DNA of 64,000 bases from assembly GCA_951406725.2 (NCBI GenBank), contig OX597816.1, positions 10,044,001-10,108,000 on the forward strand. The letters are read 5' to 3'. A program made the position numbers and the translations under genes. Below, piece after piece: positions 36,847-50,598 of this stretch. Under the pieces are notes generated by a model. It saw only the letters and a list, made by a program, of their open reading frames with translations. It had not been told where the DNA came from and ran no database searches. This stretch comes from Octopus vulgaris (Eukaryota). Every line of letters starts with the position of its first letter. Position 1 is the first letter of the stretch.

Positions 36847-37739
36847 CAAGATCTGATCAATAAGTCTCCGGACTGTTGCCATAGTAATGAAGCTAAAGTA
36901 CGCAGAATAAAGCTGCTTTGCAAAGATTGACCTTGGACTCCGTTGTACATACTCACTAAGTTTTAATATTCTAGCTCAATTCTGCTGTAAACACAGCAGT
37001 GCTTGGAAGGAACGTGTGTAGCATGTAATTATCACATTGACCATGACAGAGAATATTGTCATGGCAATACCTGCTTAGAGGTGTACACAAGGTTGCAGAA
37101 AGTGTATGGAAAGGAGAGCATGAGCTGCACACAAGTGTATGAGTGGTTCAGACATTTCCAAGATGCTCAAAAATTGTCAATAGTGATGAAAATTGTGGGA
37201 GATCCACAGCCAGCAGAACTGAGAAAAATATTGGAGATGTGCGTGCAGCTATGAGGGGAAATCGTCAAATTACTATCCATGAGTTATCAGAGGATATGCA
37301 GATTAGTTACGGTTCAGCTCAGTCCATTATCTCTGAAGATTTGGGTATGAGGTGCATGTCTGCCAAGTTTGTGCCAAAACTACTTTCGGCTGACCAAGAG
37401 GACACTTGGGTTTTAGTTGCACAAGATCTTGATTGTGTCGAGAAAGATGAAACCTTTTTGAAAACTTTGCATAGGCCTCTGAGCAGGTATCGCCAAGCTT
37501 TTGGCAAAATTTGATGCAGAATCTCTGCTCGGCTTTCTCTGTCATGGTCAATGCAATGATCACACACTACACATGTTCCTTCTAAGCACTGCTGTAAACA
37601 GCAGAAGTAAGCTAGAATTTTAAAACTTAGTGCTCATGCACAACAGAGCCCAAGCCCAATCTGTGTCAAGCAGCTTCACTTTGTGTGATTTATCTTCGTT
37701 ACTATGGCAACAATCTGGATACTTATTGATCAGAATACG
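36847..37739 (+). mobile_element. Non-autonomous two-headed mariner derivative, copy 2
   Basis: Same termini as 492-1341; plus strand QVYEWF...MRCMSAKFVPKLLSADQ...FLKT fused to an inverted MTEKAEQRFCIKFCQKLGDTCSEAY. Confidence 0.9.
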
Positions 37740-38702
37740 TGTGTGTATGTGTGTAATAATAAGAACGAAAGATTTAAGTGTAGGAAGTTCATGAGCTTTA
37801 AGCAGTCGATGATAGGTATAAACATCAACGTTCAGGAACAATACTAATTTACTGGTGTTGAAGGTTGTAGGCTTTTTCCATATTGAAGGTTGTAGGCTTT
37901 TTCCATATTGAAGTTTGATAAGCTGAAAAACATTTTTAGAGTTGCTATGAATCATCATCATCATCATCATCATCGTTTAACAACCGTTTTCCATGCTAGC
38001 ATGGGTTGGACGATTTGACTGAGGACTGGCGAACCAGATGGCTGCACCAGACTCCAATCTGATCTGCCAGAGTTTCTACAGCTGGATGCCCTTCCTAACA
38101 CCAACCACTCTGAGAGTGTAGTGGCTGCTTTTTACGTGTCACCTGCATGAGGGCTAGTCTGGCGGTACTGGCAATGACCTCGCTTGAAATGGTGTTTTTT
38201 ACGTGTCACCTGCACAGGAGTCAGTCCATATGAATGAAAATCCAAAGTGAGGGTGTAGAGCAGGTAAAATCCAGGCTACACGTGTTTCCTAGCTAGAAGA
38301 TCCTCTGCTGTAATGATTACTCAATGAGAAGTACTCGGCTTGCTACTCACCTGGCTGAAGATACCTTAATTATATGAAGGTGACATTGTCATTAAGGAAT
38401 CCCAAAGAGACAGGCTTCTTTCAGTTTCTGTCTGCCAAATCCACTCACAAGGCTTTAGCTGGCCAAAGGCTATAATAGAAGACATCCAAGGTGCCACACA
38501 GTGTGACTGAACCTGGAACAATGTGGTTGGGAAGCAAAATTCTTACCACACAGCCATACCTGCACCTGATATCGGAATAAATGCTGATGGAGTTTTTTTC
38601 GTTTGTAATATACTTGTACATTAGCCACGATTGAACAGATCTTTGATAGAATATATTTTAACCATGGCAATTTCATTTTTGTTTATGCTTTGTGTATTTC
38701 AG

Positions 38703-38740
38703 ACTATATTATCCGATGTCTGCTTTTACTGGCGTTAGAT
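38703..38740 (+). other. Candidate 38-nt internal exon
   Basis: Pyrimidine tract tttttgtttatgctttgtgtatttcAG and donor gat|GTGAGT, in non-repetitive sequence. Confidence 0.35.
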
Positions 38741-39652
38741 GTGAGTCGAGGGAGAGTTTGGTTGTCATCTCTAGCATTTTGTATAGATACATTAGAACTC
38801 TTTCACTGGTTCATGTTTCCCTCATTAATGGAGAGAGAGAGAGAGAGATATCTCTATCAGACAGGTTCTGCTCTTGTAAATGTAGGATTAATTAAATTAT
38901 TCATAGAAAAGCGACTAGGTGTAAAGCGGAGTAAGGACGATGATAAAAGGAGTAAAAGGTGAAAGAGATGAATAGCGTACAATTACAATAACTAAGTTTG
39001 GAAGTATGGATACCATTTTCATAATTGTGGAAGAGACAGAGAGAGAGAGAGAGAGGAAGAGCGGAAGAGAAAGTGAAAGTAACTAATGGCTGCGATCAGA
39101 TTTCATAAGAATGTAATTGTTTGCTTTAGAAAGAATAGCTAACTTATGAATAACCAGATGAGTACATGCGAATATCAAAGCCTAAAGTAAAACATTGATT
39201 TCCAAGAGAAAAAGAAAATTACATACAGTCGTTGACAGAATATGATTTTTATGTTGAATGCGTATGTAAATTTTCATTGCCTTTTGAACTGCATAACTGA
39301 GAAAAGAGTGAAATTACTGCTGTTAGACACTTTCAAATAAAGATTAAAAAGAGTTAAACATGGAACGAGGCATAATTGCAGTTTTTTTTTTTAAGTTTTT
39401 TTCCTTGCAACTATTATAAACTAGTAAAAGTGTATGTATTAAGCATGAAGTCAATAAAATAATATGTTTTTCCTTTGAAGTTTAATTGAAATCCATTTTC
39501 AATAATAATAGAATATTAAATAAGGATTATAATACGAAAAAAGAAAGAGAAAAAAGAAGGAAAAAAACGAAGGAAAATCGAAATTAATGGCTTTTAAATA
39601 TTCTTTTAAGCTCAGTATTTTAATATCGCAACATTTGTGAAACGTAATAATG

Positions 39653-39689
<37 letters not shown>

Positions 39690-40215
39690 TGATGATAATA
39701 ATGGAAAAAATGAGAGGAAATGATTGTAATGATAATAGGGACATAGCCAAAAATGTGCTGACTGCACAGACGCATTGGCAGTTAGCGGTACCAAAACTGG
39801 TGACGATGATGATTTACTAATAAAGTGCTTTTTAAGGAAAAATGTTTTAAGCATAGATATTAATACTAATACTTAGTTTAAAGTAAATACTTTAAGTCTC
39901 TTCATGCCAAATGCCAAATTTTATTCATTGTTATGAAGACAAAAGAATTAATTAAATATAATCCCACCCAATCTTGATTGCAAGATGCCAAAGACAAATT
40001 ATGGTTGTTTTCTATTTATATTCACCAGGCATTGCTGTGTGGTTAAGATGTTTGTTCTTCAACCATATGATTTCACGTTCAATCCTAGTGCACTGTATTT
40101 TGGGCAAATGTTTTTCCTCTCACAGCTCTGGTTTAACCAAAGTCTTGTAAGTAAAATATTGGCTTCAAATTTTGGCACAAGGCCAGCAATTTCAGGGGCT
40201 GGAGAATGTCAATTA

Positions 40216-40728
40216 CCGTAAAATCCTTGAATATAGTCCGCCCTTGAGTATAATACATAGGGGATTTTTAGGGGGCTGTACCTCTGAAAAACCTAAACCT
40301 TGTGTATAATATGCACCCCTTCTCTAATTTGAGTCAAGGAAGTCTATATAACGTCCTTGGTTTGTACAAATGTATACGGTAACGTCCTTTATTATTATTG
40401 TATATATAACATATTGCAAACGTGTAGCTTTTTTGTGCATTTTGTTTGCAGAAAATAAAGAAATAACAGTAATAACGTTTAGTAAATGTTGCTTACTGCA
40501 AGTTATAGATGATTCTTTTATGACTTCATTGCTTTCAGGCTTAGCTTAAAGTATTTTCGCGCCCGACATCACAAAATGCGTCTGAATAAACATTGCCGGA
40601 CAGCAAATAGAGACTCGGACATTCCTTAGAAAATATTTTTCATTTTTAACCTCGTATATAGTACGCACTAGGGATTTTGACCATTAAATTTTGGGGAAAA
40701 AATGCAGATTATACTCGAGGATTTACGG
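40216..40728. mobile_element. pogo/Tigger-type MITE with TA TSD, nested in a family C SINE
   Basis: TA-ccgtaaaatccttgaatatagtccgc / gcagattatactcgaggatttacgg-TA; SINE sequence continues on both flanks. Confidence 0.8.
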
Positions 40729-41569
40729 TACATCAATCCCAATGTTTAACTGGTACTTACTTTATTGACCTCTAAAAGATGATGGGCAGCATCTGAGCTC
40801 AAAACATAAAGACAGAAGACATGCTGCTAAGCATTCTGTCTGGTCTGTTAATGATTCTGCCAGCTTGCCGTCCTGCCTTGTAAGTAAACCATTAGCACTG
40901 TCACCTGGTCCTTGGGTACCATTTGCAGACTCTCTGTTGCAAGCATGTGACCTAAGGCTCTCTGGTGTCCAGGATATCTTTCTTCCATCTTTCTTCACTG
41001 AAAAGTGTCATAGACTCTGATCTTCCTTCTTTAAATGTTAAAATAACACTTTTCATAAAAACATTTCTATAACTACCGGTTTTTCATGCTGATAGAGAGA
41101 TAAATATACATACATATTTATACATACATACATACATCATCACCACCACCACCACCACCATTTAACGTCCGTTTTCCTTGCTGCCACGACTTGGACAGTT
41201 TGACAAGAGCTGGCAAGCCAAAGAGTTGCACCAAGCTCAATTTGTTTGCTTTGGAAGGATTTCTTTGGCTGGATTCTCTTCTTCTCCTCTACAGGCCTCA
41301 CACTACTTGCTATTAACCAATATTCCATCTAAAAATGGTAGCCTCCTGGAATTCCCTCCTAGACCATGTTTCATCTGCAGCCATTCACAAAGAACATTGA
41401 CAGCACCGATTTTGCCAGTCTTGGAGAGTTTATGAATGTTCCTTTTCCTGACTAACCTATAAAAAGAATGGTTTATGTTGTTTATCCTGTGATTCTTACA
41501 GAACATCTGCTTCTCTAGAAAATTACTATTTGTGAATTTCACAACGAGAGGTATTTGGCAACAGTACTT

Positions 41570-41780
41570 TGGAGTAAAGATTCTTTTGCCAATATAACAT
41601 GGCACTCCTGGTTTAGGATGAATGTTGCTGTAATTTAGTAAGATTCCCTCATTCCAAAATATAAGGACACAGATCGTGTTGTATAGCCAGCTGGAGACAA
41701 TGTCTCCTGGGGTTAAATTACAGCAACATTCATCCTAAACCAGGAATGCCATGTTGTGTTGGCAAACAATCTTTACTCCA
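41570..41780. repeat. Inverted repeat with ~68-bp arms and ~76-bp spacer (MITE-like)
   Basis: ggagtaaagatt...cctggtttaggatgaatgttgctgtaattta / taaattacagcaacattcatcctaaaccagg...aatctttactcc. Confidence 0.85.
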
Positions 41781-43189
41781 TCTGTTTCTCTGTTTAGAAT
41801 TTTAAAGCTTCCTTCATATTTGTTCTGACATCGTATTGAGTTACTTATCTATTCCTTCCTTGCATCTTTGGTTTGAGAATACCTTTTACCTTTCGTTCTG
41901 CCTGTCTCAGAGGTTATAAGTACTGCCTTCAATCCTGACTAAAGTGTTTAAAAAACAAACAAGAAACAAAACAAGGAAGAGAAATGAAACAAAGCCATTT
42001 CGTTTGTTCTCTTCATCTTTTCTGTCACTCTTATTTCTTAATCCATTACTGCCTTTAAGAACCCCATCTTCAGAGTAGTCATGGAGAGGATTTTAACATT
42101 ATTCCAGTCAACAGGGACAGCTTTCAATGGAAATTAGCTAAGTGAGAAACTAATGACAGCAACCCATTTCTGATACTTTCAACATCTCATCTTGGTAACG
42201 ATTCACAAAAACCCTAAAGATTTCCCTGTCCCTAATTGCTTTCCTCACTGTCTTTAATCTAATCTTCGCTGATTATAATTAGCCAATTATTTTCAGCTAT
42301 TTAATTTACATGACTTGTTCATTAACTACGCACAGCAATCTGATAACACCACCTCTTTGTTTCTGTCTCTCTTAGCTCAGCCTCAATATATCAAATCACA
42401 TCAGACACAGGTGATATCGAGTTTAACAGCTAACATGGCATGAAAGAAAGTGTCTTCTCTCTCACATCATCATGAGTTAGAACATGGATAAACTTAATGC
42501 CCTTTGCTTGACTTCCAACTTGTTATATATTGCTTTCTGCAGAGACTTGAGATTGGATCCATTTACTATCTCTATTTCCTACTCTTTGTTATAGCAACTG
42601 GCAAGAATATGCTTAAATGATTGATGCAGGCATGGATATATATACATTCATGGCTGTGGTATGGTTAAAAAGTTTGCTTTCCATCCATGTGGTTCCAGGT
42701 TCAGTCCCACTGTGTGGCGGCTTAGATGTCTTCTATTGTAACCTTGAGCCGACCAGAGCCATGAGACTAGATTTGGGAGACAGAAACTGAATGAAAGCCT
42801 GTTGTATGTATGTGTGTATGTATATATATATATATATAATACTTCAAATTTACAGAAAAAGAGACTGATAGAATAAGTACTAAGCTTACAAAGAATAAGT
42901 CCTGGGGATGATTTGCTTGACTAAAAGGTGGTGCTCCAGCAAGGCCGCAGTCAAATGTCTGAAACAAGTAAATGAGTAAATGTTGAAAATATTTGAAGTA
43001 CGGCATGAACTAGTCACAACTCACCAATTCCATAATTAGCTAGTCACAACTGACTGATTGCATAATTAACCAAGTAGCAGAGGAGGATGTTGTCTCATTG
43101 ACTGATGTAGCAGCAGCAATATCATTTCCACTTGCTTAAAGAGTAAAGGGGAACAGAAACTAGAGACGAACAGAAATTGCTGTCTCAAG

Positions 43190-43735
43190 TTCTGAATGTC
43201 AGAATTATACCAGGACTACAAATTTTGTGAGATCTTCTGTATGTTAAAGACTTAGTTTGCATTGCTAAATCAGTTGAAGAATTATAGGAAAATGTCCAAA
43301 TATGAAAACAGTTTAAAGTGAATTGATATAAAAGCAAACCTAGCAAAGATGAAAGTCTTAGCATGTGGTCACACTTGGTATGTTGAAAAGAATTGTGCAG
43401 GAATTATATACTTTTAAACCTGATGTAAACACTGAGTATGTAAAAGATGCAGTGACATCAGTGTCAGGTTGATAAAGAAGAAACACTTCGTACATAAGAA
43501 GATACACAGCAGTAGTTAGCAGGATGTGTTCCCAAGCAATGAATTCTTTCAGATGCTTGCAAGACAAGCTAGAAACAGTGGAGAGCATCTGGCTCCCTGG
43601 TTAACGCAAACAGCAGTTCAGATGGCTGTGTTGGAAACATAGTAGCAGCCAGAGTAAGATTCAGGAAACTATATAGTACTCTGGTTTGCAACAAAAGGAT
43701 TCTTGCCAAGTGAAACATAAGCTGTACCATGACTG
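43190..43735 (+). pseudogene. Degraded RTE reverse-transcriptase fragment
   Basis: DLLYVKDLVCIAKSVEEL (YADD-like), ANLAKMKVL, YVKDAV/KRCS-like and RFRKL remnants; many stops. Confidence 0.55.
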
Positions 43736-44149
43736 GGTATGAAAGTACATCATCATCATCATCATCATTTAACGTCCGTTTTCCATGCTAGCATGGGTTT
43801 GATGGTTCGACCTGGGTCTGGGAAACCAGAAGACTGCACCAGACTCCAGTCTGATCTGGCAGTGTTTCTACAGCTGGATGCCCTTCCTAACGCAAACCAC
43901 TCCAAGTGTGTAGTGGGTGCTCTTTATGTGTCACCGGCAGAGGTGCCAGGTGAGGCTGGCATTGGCCACGTTCGGATGGTGCTTTTTACGTGCCACTGGC
44001 ACAGGGATCACATCTACAATTTCCATTGATTTTTGATGTTTATGTACTTGACTCAATGGATCTCCTCAAGCACAGGGTCGAAACGGTGTTTCTTTACTTG
44101 CCACCTGCACAGGAACCAGTCCAGCGGCATTGGCAACGACCGGGTGCCA

Positions 44150-44605
44150 GTCATTGAATTTGGTTCAATTTCGATAGCATACAGTTTTGCATAAAACCAA
44201 AACATGGACATCTTCATCATTTGTGAAGACTGAATGATGAAGATGTGAAAGGAGGAGAGAATGCGCTGATGGATTATTGCATATGAAGGAGGAAAAACAG
44301 TGATCTGAGAGTAAGAATGTGTTTGAAAAGAAGGAACTGTAGTGTGCATGGAAAAATTTTTTTAAAGCTTTACCAGAGTGAATATGTGATGGGTTTGAAG
44401 GTTAGCAGTTGGGTGAAAAGTTCTAAGGAATGAAAATGGAAGGATCCTGCAAAAGGGGTGAACCAAGGGAAATGTTTGAAGATAATGGCTGATGGCAGGG
44501 TGCTGAGTGTCATGAAAGAAATAAGTGACTGCAGAATGTGGTGAGGTGCTGTGGAGTAGACCTGTTCAACCCATTCAAACATAGAAAGGGTAATGTAAAA
44601 TGATC
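44150..44605 (+). pseudogene. Ancient RTE 3' end
   Basis: Decayed ETW/RM.RW/RGRP-like remnants ending in tcaacccattcaaacatagaaagg...aaaatgat. Confidence 0.45.
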
Positions 44606-44657
44606 ATGTGTTTGTACATGTGTAGTATATAAGAATGCACATATACATAAATGTGTG

Positions 44658-44774
<117 letters not shown>

Positions 44775-44779
44775 ATATG

Positions 44780-44813
<34 letters not shown>

Positions 44814-44835
44814 ATGTGTGTATATATATATATAA

Positions 44836-45213
44836 ATAGCTTATCTGTATATATGTATAGAGTTTATATGTATGAGTATATGTATAATATATATTATAAC
44901 ATGTATATATGTGTGTATATTTTATATATATATGTATATATATAGCTTATGAGTATATGTATAATATATATTATAACGTGGATATATGTGTGTATATTTT
45001 ATATATATATATATATATAGCTTATCTGTATATATGTATAGAGTTTATATGTATGAGTATATGTATAATATATATTATAACATGTATATATGTGTGTATA
45101 TTTTATATATATATATATATAGCTCATCTGTATATATGTATAGAGTTTATATGTATGAGTATATGTATAATATATATATTATAACGTGGATATATGTGTG
45201 TATATTTTATTTA

Positions 45214-45215
<2 letters not shown>
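44836..45215. repeat. AT-rich tandem repeat of ~100-bp units
   Basis: tagcttatctgtatatatgtatagagtttatatgtatgagtatatgtataatata recurs at ~44837, 45018 and 45120. Confidence 0.85.
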
Positions 45216-45251
<36 letters not shown>

Positions 45252-45759
45252 ATGAAAGTATCTCATAATTCTTAATGGTATATTATGTTGGCATCAAAGA
45301 AATCCTTTTCCTGTTGAGTGTTGAGGTTAATTCAGTTAAGCACCATTCCCCCATTTCCTGTGTATTGAAAGACAAGTCAGAGACTCTAAGTTTTGGAAAT
45401 GAAGCGAAATGAAATGACTCAATCCGATACGAATGGATGCCATGCACTACACGAAACTGCCCCCCCCCCCCTTCACACATTCATATTCGTACAGACGTAT
45501 GAATGTACATACACACACACATATACATACATGGACATACACACCTACATTCTCTCTCTCTCTCTCTCTCATATGAACACACACACACACAAAACAAAAA
45601 CCACTCAGAGCAATATTTATATGTATGCACAAACACACATATACACACATATACACAAACACATACACACCGTCACACACACACATAATTGTATATATAT
45701 TTATGCTTACACATCAATATTTTCTTGATATCTGTAAGTATGTATTGTATGTCTGTACA

Positions 45760-46375
45760 CACATATATACTCACACACACACACACACTCATATATACTC
45801 ACACATACACACACACTCATATATATACTCACACACACACACACACTCATATATACTCACGCATACACACACACTCATATATATACTCACACACACACAT
45901 ACACTCATATATACTCACACATACACACACACACTCATATATACTCACACATACACACACACTCATATATATACTCACACACACACATACACTCATATAT
46001 ACTCACACATAACACACACTCATATATACTCACGCATACACACACACTCATATATATACTCACACACACACATACACTCATATATACTCACACATAACAC
46101 ACACTCATATATACTCACACATACACACACACTCATATATATATACTCACACACACACACACACACTCATATATACTCACGCATACACACACACTCATAT
46201 ATACTCACACATACACACACACTCATATATATACTCACACACACACACACAATCATATATACTCACACATACACACACACTCATATATATACTCACACAC
46301 ACACACACACACTCATTCATATACTCACACACACATACTCACGTACGCACGCACGCACACACATACACTCACTCC
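45760..46375. repeat. Compound CA/TA minisatellite
   Basis: cacacacactcatatatactc units. Confidence 0.95.
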
Positions 46376-46741
46376 CAAATACACACATCTTCATCTTCTG
46401 AATCAATAGACATGCCAAATCTTTGATAATGCCTTAAATAAGCCACCCAGTCCTAATTACTTGCATTGATAAAAATATGAATAGGAAGCTGTGTCAGCAC
46501 CATAAACTATATTTCTATTGCCACACATATTTCACCAGAACAACTCTGTAGAATGTACTTGTCTACTTGTCAAAGAAGCTCCAAGTTTACTGATCTAACC
46601 AAGGCGCCTATAAGTAGCAGTTCAACTTCCTAGAAATAGCTACTAATTCTTCTTCAAATAACAAATTAAGTATTAAAATCAGAAGGACAATTTGGATAAC
46701 GATGTCTCAAATAGTTTCCCAAAGTCAGAATTGTCATAGGT

Positions 46742-47030
46742 TCTCATCATCATCATCATTGTTCGACCATGGTCGAGTCAATGGAATTTACCATGCTACG
46801 CCAGACTTCATGGTCCATCATGGCATTACGGAGGTCCTGTTGCTGGATGCCTGTATCCCTGGAGATTACATCAGGGTAGGAGAATGTGCGCCCTCTGGTA
46901 TTGCGAGTAGATGGCTTCCAGAGGAGAAGAGTGGAAATTACCTCTTTTTCAGCTCTACAACAATGTCCAGCAAACTGGACTCTCCTACCTTTCACAAGAG
47001 ATGATGCAGGTGGTAGTTTCCCATATATTT
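46742..47030 (-). mobile_element. 3' end of a second RTE-clade LINE family with (TGA)n tail
   Basis: RRVQFAGHCCRAEKEVISTLLLWKP...DLRNAMMDHEVWR followed by tgatgatgatga. Confidence 0.8.
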
Positions 47031-47097
47031 GAAGTGTGAGGGTTATATAAGTTTCCCCGTTTCTTAACCTAATTCTTTCAATTTTTACTGATCTCTG

Positions 47098-47293
47098 CAG
47101 GAGTCAGGTAGAAGGAGACAGATAAGGCAGGGGTCAGGCAGAAGGGGACAGATTAGGGCGTGGGTTAGGTAGGAGAGAGATAAGGTAGGGATCAAACAGA
47201 AAGAGACAGACAAGGGAGGGGTCAGGTAGAAGAAGACAGATAAGTCAGGGGTCAGGTGGAAGGAGACAAATAAGGGAGGGGTCAGGTAGGAGA
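47098..47293. repeat. 30-bp purine-rich minisatellite (~6.5 copies)
   Basis: gggtcaggtagaaggagacagataaggcag units. Confidence 0.85.
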
Positions 47294-47547
47294 TGTGGTT
47301 GGGAAGCAAGCTTCTTACCACACAGCCTCTCTTGTGCCTATGTATATATATATATATATACTGCAGGCTTCTTTCAGTTTCCGTCTACCAAATCCACTGC
47401 AAGGCTTTGGTTGGCCAGAGGTTATATCAGAAGATACTTGCCCAAGGTGTCATGCAGTGGAACTGAACCTGGGACCATGTGGTTGGGAAGCAAGGTTCTT
47501 ACCACACAGCTTCTCATGTGCCTATATATATATATATATATATATAG

Positions 47548-47745
47548 GGAGAATTCACAAAAAAACAAAAGACAAAGACTGGTGGTGTAGACTACAAACA
47601 GATGTGTTAGTATAACGCTCGGGAAGTGAAAAAGTCTTTAACGTTTTGAGCCTATGCTCTTCTTCAGAAAGGGACACAGAAAGAAACAAGGAGAGAAAAT
47701 AAAGAAGGTGTAGTGGCTAGCGATCTATCATGGCGAATGCCGATA
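47548..47745 (-). mobile_element. Penelope-like terminal fragment next to (TA)n with a hammerhead-like motif (47636-47671)
   Basis: Minus strand CTTT-CTGAAGA-A-GAGC-ATAG-GCTC-AAAA-CGT-T-AAAG; related to 6991-7200. Confidence 0.55.
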
Positions 47746-48153
47746 TACTACAAGCTTCTTTCAGTTTCCGTCTACCAAATCCACTCACAAGGCTTTGGTT
47801 AGCCTGAAGCTATAGTAACAGACACTTGCCCAAGATACCATGCAATGGAACTGAATCTGAAACCATTTGGTTGGGAAGCAAGCTTCTTACCACACAGCCA
47901 CGTATGTAATTCAGAGCATATGTATTTATGTATGCATCATCATCATCACCCTCATCGTGGTAATGGATTTTGCATCCATTTAGGTTCAGGTATGGCTCAG
48001 TGGTTATGAAGTTTGCTTCCCAACTGCAAACCACATGGTTTTAGTTTCAGTCCTACTACATGGCACATTGGGCCTTCTACTTTAAGTCCAGGTTGGTCAA
48101 AGACTTGTGAACAAATTTGGTAGATGAAAGCAAGAAGAAGCCTGCTGCTGCTG

Positions 48154-48512
48154 CTGTGTGTGTGTGTCTATGTGTTTGTGTGTATGCGTGAGTGTGTATG
48201 TTTGTATGTGTGTTTTTGTGTGTCTGTTTTTGTGTGTGTATGTGTATGTTTGTGTGTCCGCGTGTGTGTTTTTGTATGTGTATGTTTGTGTGTGTATGTT
48301 TGTATGTGTGTTTTTGTGTCTGTTTTTGTATGTGTATGTTTGTGTGTGTGTGTGTGTGTTTGTGTGTGTGTATGTTTGTGTATGTGTGTGTGTTTTTGTG
48401 TGTGTATGTTTGTGAGTTTGTGTGTTTTTGTGTGTGTATGTTTGTGTATGTGTGTGTGTGTGTGTGTGTATGTTTTTTTGTGTATGTGTGTTTTTGTGTG
48501 TGTATGTGTGTA
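48154..48512. repeat. Expanded degenerate (TG)n tract inside a family A SINE
   Basis: Directly visible. Confidence 0.9.
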
Positions 48513-50478
48513 TGATGTTTATGTCTCCTTGTTTCCGCATTTCATGGTAGCTGTAAACGTATGTCACTGTCATCTAAGCAGTGTCATTCAAATCTAATAT
48601 CATGTGAAAAATGTGCATGACCATGGAGAAATATCTAATCTGGCTCAGAAAAAGGCAAGTATTGATGATAGGAATGCCATCTGGGTAACTACATCGCCAT
48701 GCCTTCATATAATGTAGACTTGCTTGCTATTTCTAACATATCATGTGATGGTGTTGAGGCTCTCCTCCAGATTCATTATTTATTCAATTGCTGCTGAGCC
48801 GTGGCCAAGCAGGTCTTTGATCAAAGACATTCCAGCTAAAACCAATAATGTCTGCTTTTTCTTTTTACCTTTTCCTCTTAGAATCAAGTGTTTTGTTTCT
48901 GGGATTAGTTACGTCATTGAATCTGTCTGTTGAATATGTATTTATGCGTCAATAGGTATATACTTTGCTAATTTATATTTAAAAGGAAAAAAGAAAAGAC
49001 CAGTAACATTATAACAAAAGGAAAAACATGGTACTATACGAATTGGTTTTGCAATAGGTGAGATATCTCACTGTTATATTCATCATCGGTCAGACTGAGA
49101 ACCAGTGGTTGGGTCTTTGTAAAACTGTAATCGGTAATACTAGGTACAGGAGTGGCTTGCTTACCAACCACATGGTTCCAGGTTCAGTTTCATTGCGTGG
49201 CACCTTGGGCAAGTGACTTCTACCACAGCCTCAGGCTGACCAAAGCCTTGTGAGTGGATTTGGTAGACGGAAACCGAAAGAAGCCTGTAGTGTGTGTGTG
49301 TATGTTTGTGTGTCTGTATGTATGTTTGTATGTCTGTGTGTTTACGTCCCCGTAACTTAACGGTACGGCAAAAGGGACCAATAAAATAAGTACTAGCATC
49401 GGTTGTCAACACAGACACACAAACATATACATATACATGGAGTAGATTAACAACTGACAACTGATGAAGGGTCGCTCTTTGTTACTTGTCTTGTTTTCCA
49501 AGAATAAGCCTTGGGGTCAATTTGCTCAACTAAAGGCAGCACTCCAGCACAACTGAAGCAAGTAAAAGAATAAAAGAACCATGTTACAGCCTATAAAAGC
49601 AAATAACCCACACTGATCTCCTGGTGACATGGGGCATTTGAGAATGCTGCATGTTTATAAAGAAGACCTCATGCCTAAAAAGAAAAATACAGATTAGCCC
49701 TAGCTGGAGCATTTTTTGAATGTAGAATCACTTGGTCAGGACTTACCTACAACATGAGCAGCAGCTAAAGAAATACGACCAACCTGTTCAAATATTTGTA
49801 ATTCAGAGCTAAATATTATTATTTCTCTTAATGATGGAACCTTCCAAATTATGACAAAATTCTTTGTTGTTAAATAAAATTACTGTAACAGGACGTTTTG
49901 GAAAGAACAACCCCGCTCCACAAAAAAAATAATAAAAAGTGGGTGTAATGATAAGAAATAAAATAATATAAAAATGTTAAAAAAATAGGGATATTAGAAA
50001 TGGCAATAATAAACAGTTCATCTTTGATATTAGTTTAAAATTTATTTTTTTTTATAATTTATTTTTTTCCAGTATTGTTACTGAAATAGGTTAATGGCAA
50101 AAACTTGTGAATCATTCAGAGATAAAAGCAATAAAGAGTAAGGGTTATTAATTCTGTTAAGCTGTATAAAATTAGAAGCCATGCAATAAAGAAACAAAAT
50201 AGAACTAATATTCTGAAATAACATTTCAGTTTCTAGGCAAAAGATATTTATTGATTCAGAGTATGGGTGGTGGGTGGTGGTGGTGGTGATGGTGGGTAGT
50301 GTTGGTGGGGTGCGTATAGGGAACTTATAAAGGTATTTAAAAACAAACAAAAGCAACAGAATAAAAGAAATGAGCCTATTATATATAAACATATGCAAAC
50401 ATACAGATATACAAACGTGCAACCCATTATGTAGGCTTGCATGCATGCATATATGTGCATATACATACATACATATAA

Positions 50479-50522
<44 letters not shown>

Positions 50523-50523
50523 T

Positions 50524-50564
<41 letters not shown>

Positions 50565-50598
50565 ATATATATATATATATATATACATACATATATTT

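Noticed and set aside
38692-38895. FTGVRCE resembling the end of an EGF domain
   Set aside because: The preceding cysteines are missing and the motif crosses a putative splice donor; probably chance
45625-46401. 258-aa His/Thr-rich ORF, and similar long ORFs at 48097-48597 and 50078-51346
   Set aside because: These are translations of CA/TA/TG microsatellites that lack stop codons
49461-49500. CTGATGAAGGG as another hammerhead core
   Set aside because: No closing stem II or GAAA follows
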